The notes: generated by a model not told the origin, from the sequence alone. A stretch of DNA of 63,835 nucleotides, filler included, from Licmophora abbreviata (GCA_900291995.1; 14 parts of 14 records of this genome joined end to end with filler, not necessarily neighbours in it), one strand, 5' to 3'; shown: positions 42,199 to 52,764, counted from the first letter of the whole stretch. Made by a program: numbers and translations.

Positions 42199-42852
42199 AT
42201 GACCGATCTGCCCGATGACACGACCCTGACCGAAACCGGCGCCGACCTACGGCGCGGCGCGGGCCGCATCCTGCTGATCGCCTGCGGCGCTCTGGCGCGT
42301 GAGATCCTCGCCCTGATCCGGATCAACGGCTGGGAGCACATGGACCTGCAATGCCTGCCCGCCAAGCTGCATCTGCATCCCGACCGCATCGTTTCCGCCG
42401 TGGACGAGGCCGTCAGCCGCAACCGCGACCGCTATGACCGGATTTTCGTGGTCTATGCCGATTGTGGCACGGGCGGTCTCTTGCAGGCGCGGTGCGACGC
42501 TCTGGGGGTCGAGATGATCCCCGGCCCTCATTGCTATGCCTTCTTCGAGGGCAATGACGCCTTCGCCGCCCATGCCGAGGACGAGATCACCGCCTTCTAC
42601 CTCACCGATTTTCTCGTCAAGCAGTTCGACGCCTTCGTGTGGAAACCTATGGGACTGGACCGCCACCCCGAGCTGCGCGACATGCTGTTCGGCAATTACA
42701 CCAAGCTGGTTTATCAGGCCCAGACCGAAGACCCTGCCCTTCTCGCCAAGGCGCGCGACTGCGCGGATCGGCTGGGGCTCGAGTTTGAGTACCAGTTCAC
42801 CGGTTATGGCGATCTAGCCACGGCACTGCGGCGTCAGGCGACAGGCGTCTGA
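42199..42852 (+). CDS. DUF1638 protein
   Basis: IACGAL, YADCGTGG, HCY, FYLTDFL. Confidence 0.85.
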   Translation: MTDLPDDTTLTETGADLRRGAGRILLIACGALAREILALIRINGWEHMDLQCLPAKLHLHPDRIVSAVDEAVSRNRDRYDRIFVVYADCGTGGLLQARCDALGVEMIPGPHCYAFFEGNDAFAAHAEDEITAFYLTDFLVKQFDAFVWKPMGLDRHPELRDMLFGNYTKLVYQAQTEDPALLAKARDCADRLGLEFEYQFTGYGDLATALRRQATGV

Positions 42853-42861
42853 CCCTCGCGA

Positions 42862-43272
42862 TCATTCCGCCTCGGCGGCGACGCTGCGAATACGTTCGAT
42901 CATCGCCCGCAAGCCGTTGGATCTCTGCGCCGACAAATGGTCGTTCAACCCCAGTCGCGCCAATTCCGCGGGGGCGTCGACCTTGGTCACCTCCACCACC
43001 GGCATATCGTTATAAAGCGCCTTGAGCACCGCGATCAGGCCGCGCACGATCATTGCATCGCTGTCACCCTCGAAACTGAAACGCCCGCCCTCGATCTTCG
43101 GATGCAGCCAGACCTGGCTTGCGCAGCCATCCACCTTGGTGGCCGGCACCTTCAACGCATCGTCCAGCGCCTCCATCGACCGGCCCCGGTCGATCACATA
43201 GCGATATCTGTCCTCCCAATCGTCGAGAAACTCGAAATCCGCAACGATATCCTCAAAAGCTTCAGCTGCCAT
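42862..43272 (-). CDS. sufE: Cysteine desulfuration protein SufE
   Basis: WEDRYRYVID, VDGCASQVW, DSDAMIVRGL, LSAQRSNGL. Confidence 0.93.
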   Translation of the reverse strand: MAAEAFEDIVADFEFLDDWEDRYRYVIDRGRSMEALDDALKVPATKVDGCASQVWLHPKIEGGRFSFEGDSDAMIVRGLIAVLKALYNDMPVVEVTKVDAPAELARLGLNDHLSAQRSNGLRAMIERIRSVAAEAE

Positions 43273-43396
43273 GACCTGCTCCAATCCTGTCGCCCAAGAC
43301 CTAGGCAGACAGGCCCGCAACGTCCAGACCCAGCTTGCACCTTTTCAACGCAGTCCGGATAGGATAACCGGGAAGAAAGACAGAAGGGCGGTTGTG

Positions 43397-43912
43397 ATGC
43401 GGAAATCTCTTGCAGGTCTTGTGATCGTTTCGATGACCCTGTCGGCATGTGGCGGCTGGCGCGACTCGCGCGTCAACCCCTCCAACTGGTTCGGCAACAG
43501 CCGGTCCGAGCCTGTGTCCGAAAGCCCGGCCCAGACCAATCCGCTGATCCCGGAACAGACCAATAGTATCTTCCGGCGCCGCGCTGTCGAAGAGGTGTAT
43601 GAGGGCACCCCCGTCGATCAGATCACCGCGCTCACCGTCGAACGCACCAGCATCGGCGCCATCATTCGCGTCGAAGGCGTAACCCTGCGTCAGGGCGCCT
43701 ATGACGTGCGCCTGACATCGGAGACCGAAGGCGAGCCTGTGGACGGCGTTCTGGAACTGACCCTCGCAGCGCTCCAGCCCGACGATACGCCGCAAGGCCC
43801 GGAACGGGCGCGGACGGTCACGACGGGGCGCGCGCTGTCGGCCACGGAGCTCGAAGCGATCACCACCATCCGGGTGATCGGTGCGCGCAACGTGATGACC
43901 ACCGGGCGCTGA
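43397..43912 (+). CDS. Conserved lipoprotein
   Basis: Lipobox LSAC followed by SRVNPSNWFG. Confidence 0.8.
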   Translation: MRKSLAGLVIVSMTLSACGGWRDSRVNPSNWFGNSRSEPVSESPAQTNPLIPEQTNSIFRRRAVEEVYEGTPVDQITALTVERTSIGAIIRVEGVTLRQGAYDVRLTSETEGEPVDGVLELTLAALQPDDTPQGPERARTVTTGRALSATELEAITTIRVIGARNVMTTGR

Positions 43913-43925
43913 GCGCCCCCCCCCT

Positions 43926-45097
43926 TCACAGATCGACGGTGCAGATATCATTGCCCTTGGCCGCAAGGGCGATCTTGCCTTCGCACAGCCGCATCGCATC
44001 CAGACCGAACACATCGGCCCGCCACCCGCTCAGCGCCGGAACATCGCGCTCGCCCGCCGCGATCATATCCAGGTCGGACGCACTGGCAATCAGCTTGGAC
44101 GCAACACCAAAGCTTTCGCTCTTGGCCTTCAGCAGCACCCGCAGCAGATCCGCCAAGGCAGGGTTGACCTGCATCTTGGCCGCCGAATTGTCCACCTTCG
44201 GCATCTCTTCGGGCGGACAATTCAGCCCGGCCTGCACCGCCTTGAGGATTCCATCCGCGATATCGCCCTTGCGGGCCTCCCGCAACAGCAAGCGTGACCG
44301 TGACAGATCCTCATGCGTCGCAGGCTTGGTCGACGCCAGCTCGACCAGCGCATCGTCCTTGTAGACCCGGCTGCGGGGCACGTCGCGGGCCTGCGCGTAT
44401 TCCTCTCGGAAGCGCGCCAACTCTCGCACGATGGCCAGAAACCGTCCCGACGCGTTGCGCGTCTTGACCCGCTTCCATGCCNNNNNNNNNNNNNNNNNNN
44501 NNNNNNNNNNNNNNNNNNNNNNNNNTTAATTAATTAANNNNNNNNNNNNNNNNNNNNNNNNNNNNNNNNNNNNNNNNNNNNTTGCGCGCCAGAAACTGAT
44601 AGATGTCACGCAGATGGGTCACATCCGCCAGCGCGTATTTCTTTTGTCGCATCTGTCAGCGGGCGGCGCGACCAGTCGGTGAAGCGCGAGGTCTTGTCCA
44701 ACTGTTCCTTGGCGATCTTGCGCACCAGCGTCTCATAGCCCACCTGCTCGCCGAATCCGCAGACCATCGCCGCCACTTGCGTATCGAACAGAGGCGCAGG
44801 AATGACACCTGCATCCACAAAGAAAATCTCCAGATCCTGCCGCGCGGCGTGAAACACCTTAACCACGGACTCGTCGCGGAAAAGATCGTAAAGCGGCGCC
44901 ATCGACAGATCGCCCGCCAGCGGATCCACCAGCACCGCGTCCTCCGTGCCAGTGCCGGGCACGGCAAGCTGAACAAGGCACAGCTTGGAATAATAGGTGC
45001 GCTCGCGCAGAAACTCGGTATCCACGGTCACATAGTCGAACTGGCGGGCGCGGGTGCAGAATTGCTCGAGTTGCTCGGTTGTCGTCAGCGTTTTCAT
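43926..45097 (-). CDS. rnd: Ribonuclease D (split by gap 44482-44581; 1-nt frameshift near 44648)
   Basis: [31 protein letters not shown] continues in another frame; HRDC-type C-terminus. Confidence 0.93.
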
Positions 45098-45177
45098 GAA
45101 ATCTTATCTGCTCCTGCTCCGGGCCGTTTGTCAGGTATAAGACAAAGCCGGGGGGAAATGAAATGCCCTTGCATTTG

Positions 45178-45771
45178 TCAGGGCATCATGACGGGTCGGC
45201 GGTCGCCACCCGCGAACCGGCGCAGTACGGCCGGATAAAGCGCGTGCTCCATCTGCAGAACCCGGGCCGCCAGAGTCTCGGGCGTGTCGTCCGGCAGCAC
45301 CTCGACCCGCGCCTGTCCCAGCACCGGACCATCGTCCAGTTCCGCCGTCACCTCATGCACCGTGCAGCCTGCTTGCGCATCGCCCGCCTCGAGCGCGCGG
45401 GCATGGGTGTTCAGGCCGCGATACTTGGGCAAAAGCGACGGGTGAATATTCAGCATCCGGCCCTGCCAGCGGCGCACGAAGCCTTCGGTCAACACCCGCA
45501 TGAAGCCCGCGAGGCAGATGATGTCGGGCGCATGGCGCTCAAGCTCTTCCTGCAACGCCGCCTCGAACGCCAACCGGTCGCCCTTGAAGGGCCGATGATC
45601 GACAATTGCGGTCGGCACGCCGCGCGCGCGGGCCTTCTCCAGCCCCCCGGCATCTGCGCTATTGGCCAGCACCAGCACCGGGCGCGCGGGATGATCGCCG
45701 GTCATGCTGTCAACCAGCGATACCATGTTGGACCCGCCCCCGGAAATCAGGATCGCGACGCGTTTGGTCAC
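45178..45771 (-). CDS. purN: Phosphoribosylglycinamide formyltransferase
   Basis: ISGGGSN, LAGFMR, NIHPSLLP, ELDDGP. Confidence 0.96.
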   Translation of the reverse strand: MTKRVAILISGGGSNMVSLVDSMTGDHPARPVLVLANSADAGGLEKARARGVPTAIVDHRPFKGDRLAFEAALQEELERHAPDIICLAGFMRVLTEGFVRRWQGRMLNIHPSLLPKYRGLNTHARALEAGDAQAGCTVHEVTAELDDGPVLGQARVEVLPDDTPETLAARVLQMEHALYPAVLRRFAGGDRRPVMMP

Positions 45772-46911
45772 CCAAGACGCCCCGTATAGGCCACCCCTCC
45801 GGTCGCGGTGACGTGACCCAGCCGATAAACCGTCTCGCCCTCTTCGCGCAGCAGCGCGCTCAGCGCCTCGGCCCGGTCCGCCTCGACCGCCAGCACCATG
45901 CCGATCCCGCAATTGAAGGTCTTGAGGATCTCGGCCTGCTCCATCCCGCCTTGCGCGCGCAGCCAGTCGAAAACCGGCGGCAGCGCCCATGCGTCCAGAT
46001 CCATNNNNNNNNNNNNNNNNNNNNNNNNNNNNNNNNNNNNNNNNNNNNTTAATTAATTAANNNNNNNNNNNNNNNNNNNNNNNNNNNNNNNNNNNNNNNN
46101 NNNNGACGCCCAGACCCTCGGGCAAGAAACGCGGCACGTTCTCGGTCAGCCCGCCGCCGGTGATATGCGCCAGCGCATGCACGCCCCCGGCCCGCACCGC
46201 CGCCAGTGCTTGGCGCACATAAAGCCGCGTCGGCGTCAGCAGCACCTCGCCCATCGTGCCCTCGGCCCAGGGGCAGGCATCCTGCCACCCCAGCCCCGAC
46301 AGCTCGACCAGCTTGCGCACAAGCGAATAGCCGTTCGAATGAATGCCATCGCTCGCCAGCCCCAGCAGAACGTCGCCCGTCCCCACGCCCGCCGGAAGGT
46401 CCGAGCCGCGCTCCATCGCACCCACGGCAAAGCCCGCCAGATCGAAATCCCCCTCCGGGTACATGCCCGGCATCTCGGCGGTCTCTCCGCCGATCAGCGC
46501 ACAGCCCGACCGCACACACCCTTCGGCAATCCCCTCGACAATGCGCGCGGCCTTGTCGGTCTCCAGCTTGCCAGTGGCGAAATAATCCAGGAAGAACAGC
46601 GGCTCGGCGCCCTGGCACACCAGATCGTTGACGCACATCGCCACAAGGTCGATCCCCACGCCGTCCACATTGCCGGTATCAATCGCGATGCGCAGCTTGG
46701 TGCCGACACCGTCGGTCGCAGCCACAAGGATCGGATCGGTATAGCCCGCCGCCTTCAGATCGAACAGCCCGCCGAACCCGCCAAGACCAGCCATCACACC
46801 GGCGCGGTTGGTGCGCTTGGCCGCAGGCTTGATCCGGTCCACAAGCGCGTTGCCCGCGTCGATATCCACACCGGCATCGGCATATGTGATCCCATTCCTG
46901 CGCTCGGTCAT
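45768..46911 (-). CDS. purM: AIR synthase (split by gap 46005-46104)
   Basis: [37 protein letters not shown]. Confidence 0.97.
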
Positions 46912-47018
46912 CTCGGGCCCTCCAGATGAATTCGCCACTCCGTTAGACGATCCCCCTGCCCGGTGCAATCTGAAAGCCTTGACGCCCCCGGACTGCGTGC
47001 TTACGAAAGCCTCAGGTC

Positions 47019-47095
47019 GGGCCTGTAGCTCAATTGGTTAGAGCAGAGCGCTCATAACGCTTTGGTTGGGGGTTCGAGTCCCTCCGGGCCTACCA
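47019..47095 (+). tRNA. tRNA with CAT anticodon, most likely Ile2 (lysidine) rather than Met
   Basis: Cloverleaf GGGCCTG..TAGCTCAATTGGTTAGAGC..CTCATAA..GGTTCGAGTCC..CGGGCCTACCA; paired first position and no 3 GC anticodon pairs, so not initiator. Confidence 0.93.
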
Positions 47096-47170
47096 CCATC
47101 CATCTGAAATCAAACAATTCCATTGCACGCCAGTGCCATAGTCCATTCTATGGTTACAAATGACAGTTCC

Positions 47171-47566
47171 ATTGCAGGCAATGTCAGGCATCTGATAACT
47201 CGCGCCGGCAAGTATCACGCAAGGCCGGCTGTGCCGAAAGGCTTTCGTGGAATCGTCGGCAAGACTGAATTACGCGACCCTCTCGGTGCCGATCAGCGGC
47301 AAGCCTCCCAAACCATTGATCGTGCACGCACAGCCGCTGCAAGAGGCGCCGCCCCAAGCCGTGCACATCTCCACCCTGTGGAAAGATTACAAGCGTGCTC
47401 GTATTTAGGCAGGGTTCAAGAAGGATGGAGGGCGATGGCAGGATCCAGTCATTGGGAACCTGCGTCAGTTCCCGCGCCAGTTCCTGCGCCACGAAAATGC
47501 AGCTCGTGTAGCATTGCGAAAAATGATCAAGCATCTGCAGCAACACATGGAAAGCCCCGCAACTGA
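47171..47566 (+). pseudogene. Decayed tyrosine integrase (DUF6538-like N-terminus plus core-binding fragment)
   Basis: IAGNVRHLITRAGKYHARPAVPKGFRGIVGKTELRDPLG, then in another frame LWKDYKRARI*AGFKKDGGRWQDPVIGNLRQF..LRHENAARV; adjacent to tRNA 3' end. Confidence 0.65.
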
Positions 47567-48376
47567 GACTAACGCCACGAGCGCAACGAACAACCGTTTC
47601 CGATTTTGGAATTGATGTCCCAGCGAAGCTTGCTTGGCGAAGCTGATCTCGGAAAAGAGTTGCTTCTATTCAGCCGTGTCTCAAGAGATCCTGCTATTTT
47701 TGATTGAGGGTAAACCGGTGCATTTCGCTGGCGAGAAAAAAGCGTCGACCAAAGCGTGTCAGCAGGTAGACGCTTAGCGCTCCCCCTGCCCGCTTGCGGT
47801 GGCTCTCATGCAGCTGGCAAGTGGGAGTTCTAAACGGCCGCTTGGGTGCGAGGGAAGTGAGGGCGTGGCACATATCCTACCATATGGCACGCGATCGTTT
47901 CCGGCGCAGTGCCCCACATCCCGAAATGGCTTCGCTACGTGAATGCTTCGGCTCAGTCGTTTCATTATCCGTGACTGCCTGCCGATCCGTATTTTCCCGG
48001 TCACGACGGTGTCATATTCGACCAGAGCCGCGAACTGCGGCCCGTCATTTCCATGCCATCCTTTCATCCAGTTTGTAAAACGTAACGCCTAAAAAACGCA
48101 TTTTCGACAAATCAGGTTTATCCAGAACTATTATTTTCTGAGCTCTCTCAGTTTACCCATAGAAACTGCGTCTGTCTGGCTTTCAGACAGCGCAACCGAA
48201 AAAATGGCTGATTTTGGATATAAAAAGCGGCTAGGCAACCGGTGTGTCAACCGTGATGCAACCCGAAGGCAAACCCTGCCGGGTGAGTCTATGGGAGGTT
48301 TCAGTTGCCGGACAGTGGTAGCGCCATAAGCGTCCGGCCTCGCTGCTCTGGTGCGCATAATGGGTAACCGGTCGTG

Positions 48377-49915
48377 TCAAGCAGCCAGAACCGAAATCAC
48401 CTTGAAAATGATCGCCGACAGCAAAGCCGCGGCCGGCACGGTGATGACCCAGGCGGCCGCGATCGTCATAACGTGGGATCGCCGGACCAGCTTTCTTCTG
48501 CGCCGCTCCTCTCGTGCGATCACGGCGGGTTCGGACGCTATTCGACGCGCCATAGGCACACGCCGTTGCGCATACCATTCCCGGAAAAAACCGACGCCGA
48601 AAACACCACCGACAGCGATATGGGTGGAACTGACCGGAAGCCCGAGCCAACTGGCGAAGATAACGGTGATCGCCGCTGACAAGGCCACACAATAGGCCCG
48701 CATCGGGTTCAACTTGGTGATTTCATTTCCCACGATCCGGATCAGACGTGGACCGAAGATAAAAAGCCCAAAGGATATCCCGAACGCCCCGATCAGCATC
48801 ACCCAAAGCGGGATCGCGAACGTATCGACGAATTGGCCGCTCTGCGACGCCTGCACGATGGCCGCAAGCGGGCCGACCGCATTGGCCACATCGTTCGCGC
48901 CATGGGCGAAACTCAGCAGCGCGGCCGAAACGATGAGCGGAATGCCGAACAACACCTTGAGCGATTTGTTGCGGTTTTCCAAACCTTCGGATTGCCTGCG
49001 TATCACCGGGATCATGACACCCCAGATCAAAACTCCGATACCGCCGCCGATCGCCAGCGCCGTGACAAGGTCGATCTTGATCAGGTTCTTCAGCCCCTTC
49101 ATGGAAAGGTAAGCTGCAAAAACACCCGCCATCACGCCGACCAGCACGGGAACCCATGTTCGCGCCGCTGCGATCTTGTCGTCGCGGTATATGATCCGTT
49201 CCTTGATGAACCAAAGGAAACCAGCCGCAATCGCCCCCCCCATGATCGGCGAGATGATCCAGCTGGCTGCAATCATTCCCATCTGGTCCCAGCTGACCGC
49301 GGCAAACCCTGCAGCGGCGATACCTGCGCCCATCACGCCCCCGACAACGGAATGCGTCGTCGACACCGGAGCGCCGACCCATGTCGCAAGGTTCACCCAC
49401 AATGCCGACGAAAGAAGCGCCGCCATCATCGCCCAGATGAAGACATCAACCGATCCAAGGCTTTCAGGCGCGATGATGCCTTTCGCGATGGTCGAGACCA
49501 CGTCTCCCCCCGCGATCAACGCGCCTGCGGTTTCACAGATGGCCGCAATCGCGATTGCGCCACCCAAGGTCACGGCATTCGCTCCGACAGCCGGACCCAT
49601 GTTGTTGGCGACATCGTTCGCCCCGATATTCAGAGCCATATAGGCCCCGAATGTGGCCGCCAGAATGATCAGAACAGGGTTATCCGCATCGCTGAACGCA
49701 ATCGTGGCAAAAAGCGCCGCAGCCAGAAGAAAGAGAAACGCGATCCCCTTCCCGATCAGCGGGCGCCCGACAAAGGCCGTCGCCTGCTCAAACGTTGTCA
49801 TCCGCCCGAGATCCCTGTCGAGGGTCTCGAGGTGGCGCGCTTCAAAATCTCTGTCGGTCATGCATTGCCCCGCGTCGCGTGCGGGGTCTCTACTCTCATG
49901 GTCCGGTGCAATCAA
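48377..49915 (-). CDS. pit: Inorganic phosphate transporter, PiT family
   Basis: Two GANDVAN signatures, PVSTTH and PVSSTH; start may be 49861. Confidence 0.93.
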   Translation of the reverse strand: MIAPDHESRDPARDAGQCMTDRDFEARHLETLDRDLGRMTTFEQATAFVGRPLIGKGIAFLFLLAAALFATIAFSDADNPVLIILAATFGAYMALNIGANDVANNMGPAVGANAVTLGGAIAIAAICETAGALIAGGDVVSTIAKGIIAPESLGSVDVFIWAMMAALLSSALWVNLATWVGAPVSTTHSVVGGVMGAGIAAAGFAAVSWDQMGMIAASWIISPIMGGAIAAGFLWFIKERIIYRDDKIAAARTWVPVLVGVMAGVFAAYLSMKGLKNLIKIDLVTALAIGGGIGVLIWGVMIPVIRRQSEGLENRNKSLKVLFGIPLIVSAALLSFAHGANDVANAVGPLAAIVQASQSGQFVDTFAIPLWVMLIGAFGISFGLFIFGPRLIRIVGNEITKLNPMRAYCVALSAAITVIFASWLGLPVSSTHIAVGGVFGVGFFREWYAQRRVPMARRIASEPAVIAREERRRRKLVRRSHVMTIAAAWVITVPAAALLSAIIFKVISVLAA

Positions 49916-49939
49916 TCGGCCTCGAACACAAAATCCATT

Positions 49940-50398
49940 TCAGAAGGACGTCAGAAGGTCTTTCAATTCGGGTTCGTCAACCAGTTCGGCAGCCTCGGAT
50001 GGCGCAACCCACTTTCGCGTCCGCTGATCCGCTTCCGGATAATCATTCGCCAATTCAAGCACTTTCACCGGATAGACGATCGTCATGACAGACAAACTCC
50101 AGTCGCCGGGAAGCGCCTTGTCATATTGATAGCTGCCAAGCGGTTTGGCCGTCGCTTCTCCACGACGCACGCCCGCTTCCTCCCACGCCTCCTGCAAAGC
50201 GGTTTCCGGCGATTCCAAGCCCTTTATTGGCCAGCCTTTCGGCACGATCCATCGCCCTGTTCCTCTGCTTGTGACCAACAGGACCTTCTTCTCAGGCCCC
50301 TCCCTGTCATAGCAAAGTGCAGCGAACTGAACCCGCTTCGGACGCCTCAACATCGGCTTCACGAAACCGTTCCAAACGGATTTAAAGTGATGTTTCAA
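49940..50398 (-). CDS. NUDIX hydrolase (DIPP-like)
   Basis: WIVPKGW...ALQEAWEEAG Nudix box; LVTSR. Confidence 0.9.
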   Translation of the reverse strand: MKHHFKSVWNGFVKPMLRRPKRVQFAALCYDREGPEKKVLLVTSRGTGRWIVPKGWPIKGLESPETALQEAWEEAGVRRGEATAKPLGSYQYDKALPGDWSLSVMTIVYPVKVLELANDYPEADQRTRKWVAPSEAAELVDEPELKDLLTSF

Positions 50399-50729
50399 TT
50401 TTTTGCCTGCCCTTTTAAGGACGACAGCTTAGACACTTAGCATTTGGAAAGCAAATGCGGCATGGCTTCTGAGGGCGCCTTTTGGCACGCCACAGCGATG
50501 TAGATGACAATTTGGTTTACACTGAGTTGCTATTGGGTCCAGATCTATCTGCACACCACGCCCACCGTTCTTGCTAAAGGTAATGGGCGGAAACAGTGGA
50601 GTTGAAGCTAATGCAAGGGGTAGCTGGTCGCCTGAAGTTGCGCTGCGTCGGTGGCACTGCCCGTGAATGGCAACTCTAGCCGATCTTCTCTTCGACCTCA
50701 GGTCGTTAGTGCCGATTGCAGTGCAGCAT

Positions 50730-52412
50730 CTAGGTCCGCATCGGGTTCGGCGTAATTACATGGCGCACAGATCTTCCGTGGCTTTTGGGTCTGCGCAGCA
50801 TACCCAACCCGGCAAGCCCGCCGATCAGCAGCCACGCTCCCGCAGGCAAAGGGATTTGCGACGGCGACGTGCCATTGTTCACGCGGAACGTCATCGCCTG
50901 CCCCTCGAACGTGCTGAACCCGCCAAGCGCGAACGTGTCATCGAACAAGGCGACGCGACCGAAGCTTTTCTGTCCACCCACGTTGAATACAGGGCCAAAA
51001 CTTCCTTCGAACGCATTGAAGCTACCGGATCCGACGGTCAAGTTTCCCTTGAGCAGGTCAAGATCGAACTCGGCCCCGAAGTCAAAGCCAGTGGTGCTTC
51101 GCAACATGGCCTGCGTGAAAAACGTGGGCGTTGCCACTGTCGTGCCAAGCAGTGTGAAATCAGGCAATTCCTCCCATAGGCCGGACCAACTACTGGCAAG
51201 ACCGATGCCCGCAATGTCAACTTGCTTGTCAAAGGACAGATCGACCATCAGCTCCTGTGTCAGCCGGAATGTCTGGAACAGACTGATGGTTGGGCCGACT
51301 TCGATATCCAGCAAGTCAACAGATCCCGAGACGAATTGCCCAAAATCCGCACGTATGCCAAGCGGCGGAAGCACGCCCGCATATGTCAGCAACCCATCGA
51401 TATCGGCCTTCAGGGCAAGGAAATCGGCTGTTCCGTCAAGTGTGATGTCTTCGTCACCGGCGTTTGTCTGGCCATTGAGGGCCAGCAAGGGAACCTTGGC
51501 GTCGACGCGTGCAAGTTCGACAAACAGGCCGCTTCCTGCTTCACTGGAGTCGACAACTGTTTCCTTCTTGGTTTTCGGGTCGTTCGGATCGCCCGGTGCG
51601 CCAGTGTCGTTGTTGACGTTGGTGTTGAACTCCAACTTTCTTGTCACCAAGTCGGCTTCAAGTGACGTAGGCACATCACCAATCGGCGTGGACAGTTTCA
51701 CCGCCTCAGGCAGAAACCCATCCAGGTAATTGATTTCATTCGGATCAATCGAGATCAACTCTTTGCGGAAGCCATCGACATTGATCAGGTTGGCACTCCC
51801 CGATGAGCATCCACCGACAACACAGCCGGTGGTCGACACATCCAGGGTCATATCCGCAACCACATCCAGAGAGGCTTCAGCGGTCGGGGATTGAGAGTCC
51901 AAAGACCCTGAAACCAGCTCTGCACTTGTGGTCAGAGAGACAATCTGCCCTTTTTTCACGGGCGTGCCCGGAATATCGGCATGTGCGACATATTCCAGAC
52001 GCGATCCGACTGAGCCGGCATCAAGCGCATAGTTCAACTCAAGCCCCGCCCTGCCGGAGGTTGCAATCGATGCTTCTGCCCCCGTGGTGGTGTCAATCCT
52101 GGTGGTCAGGGTCGCCGCCGGCCTGCTCCCGCAGCTTGTGAACGGCAGCGCGTTACAGATATTCCATGCGATACGTTTCGGGTTCGGATAGCTGAACGAG
52201 GTCGCGCCGCCGACAAAGCCTCCGAACTCTTGGGATTCGCTCCATGGGTCAGGGCCGATGAATACGGTATCCGCCAACCTTGCGGCGCTCCCGGTCCCCC
52301 ATGCGCTTTGTCTGGTTTCTGTCTCAAGCACGATACCGGACTGCTGGTAGGTCGCCGCCTGTGCCGCCAAAGGCAAGAGACACGCACCAATGACTAGAAA
52401 ACCCTGTTTCAT
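50730..52412 (-). CDS. Secreted beta-rich protein with VPLPA-CTERM sorting signal
   Basis: Signal peptide ending AAQA; C-terminal IPLPAGAWLLIGGLAGLGMLRR. Confidence 0.85.
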   Translation of the reverse strand: MKQGFLVIGACLLPLAAQAATYQQSGIVLETETRQSAWGTGSAARLADTVFIGPDPWSESQEFGGFVGGATSFSYPNPKRIAWNICNALPFTSCGSRPAATLTTRIDTTTGAEASIATSGRAGLELNYALDAGSVGSRLEYVAHADIPGTPVKKGQIVSLTTSAELVSGSLDSQSPTAEASLDVVADMTLDVSTTGCVVGGCSSGSANLINVDGFRKELISIDPNEINYLDGFLPEAVKLSTPIGDVPTSLEADLVTRKLEFNTNVNNDTGAPGDPNDPKTKKETVVDSSEAGSGLFVELARVDAKVPLLALNGQTNAGDEDITLDGTADFLALKADIDGLLTYAGVLPPLGIRADFGQFVSGSVDLLDIEVGPTISLFQTFRLTQELMVDLSFDKQVDIAGIGLASSWSGLWEELPDFTLLGTTVATPTFFTQAMLRSTTGFDFGAEFDLDLLKGNLTVGSGSFNAFEGSFGPVFNVGGQKSFGRVALFDDTFALGGFSTFEGQAMTFRVNNGTSPSQIPLPAGAWLLIGGLAGLGMLRRPKSHGRSVRHVITPNPMRT

Positions 52413-52694
52413 TAATTTTGCTCCCTTGAATAAGGACTTTGAATGAAAAATCGCCCTTCTCTTATTAGCAGGCAGCGTGCAGTCACCCATCGACCCGCAA
52501 ATCCGGATCGCGGAATTATTCCGTTTGTGGAACCGTCAGAGCGATGGCTCCGGATCAATGAATACAGCTCTAGTCGATCTAAATTTCCGAGCACCGGATC
52601 GGCGGCGCCCTATCGAAATGCTACGTTAAAAGTCGGATCGAATATCGGACGGTTTTCTTAAAAATGACCCGATTTCTGGCCTAACTTCTGCAAA

Positions 52695-52713
52695 TCGTCC
52701 GATTATCGGACGA
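52695..52713. promoter_or_regulatory. Perfect 19-bp palindrome, candidate operator
   Basis: TCGTCCGAT-T-ATCGGACGA upstream of the Lrp gene. Confidence 0.6.
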
Positions 52714-52764
52714 AAATTGATAAATCGTTTCGTCATCATCCCTTTTTTGGCAATCATAAGATGC

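Noticed and set aside
47019..47095. Initiator tRNA-fMet
   Set aside because: Lacks the C1:A72 mismatch and the three consecutive anticodon-stem GC pairs
48265..48315. c-di-GMP-I riboswitch (GGCAAACC...CAGTTGCCG)
   Set aside because: Missing the GNRA loop and GACGCAAAG core; spacing too short
50500..50525. Pho box upstream of NUDIX-pit
   Set aside because: Only one good TTGTCAT half-site; the second is weak and 12 rather than 11 nt away
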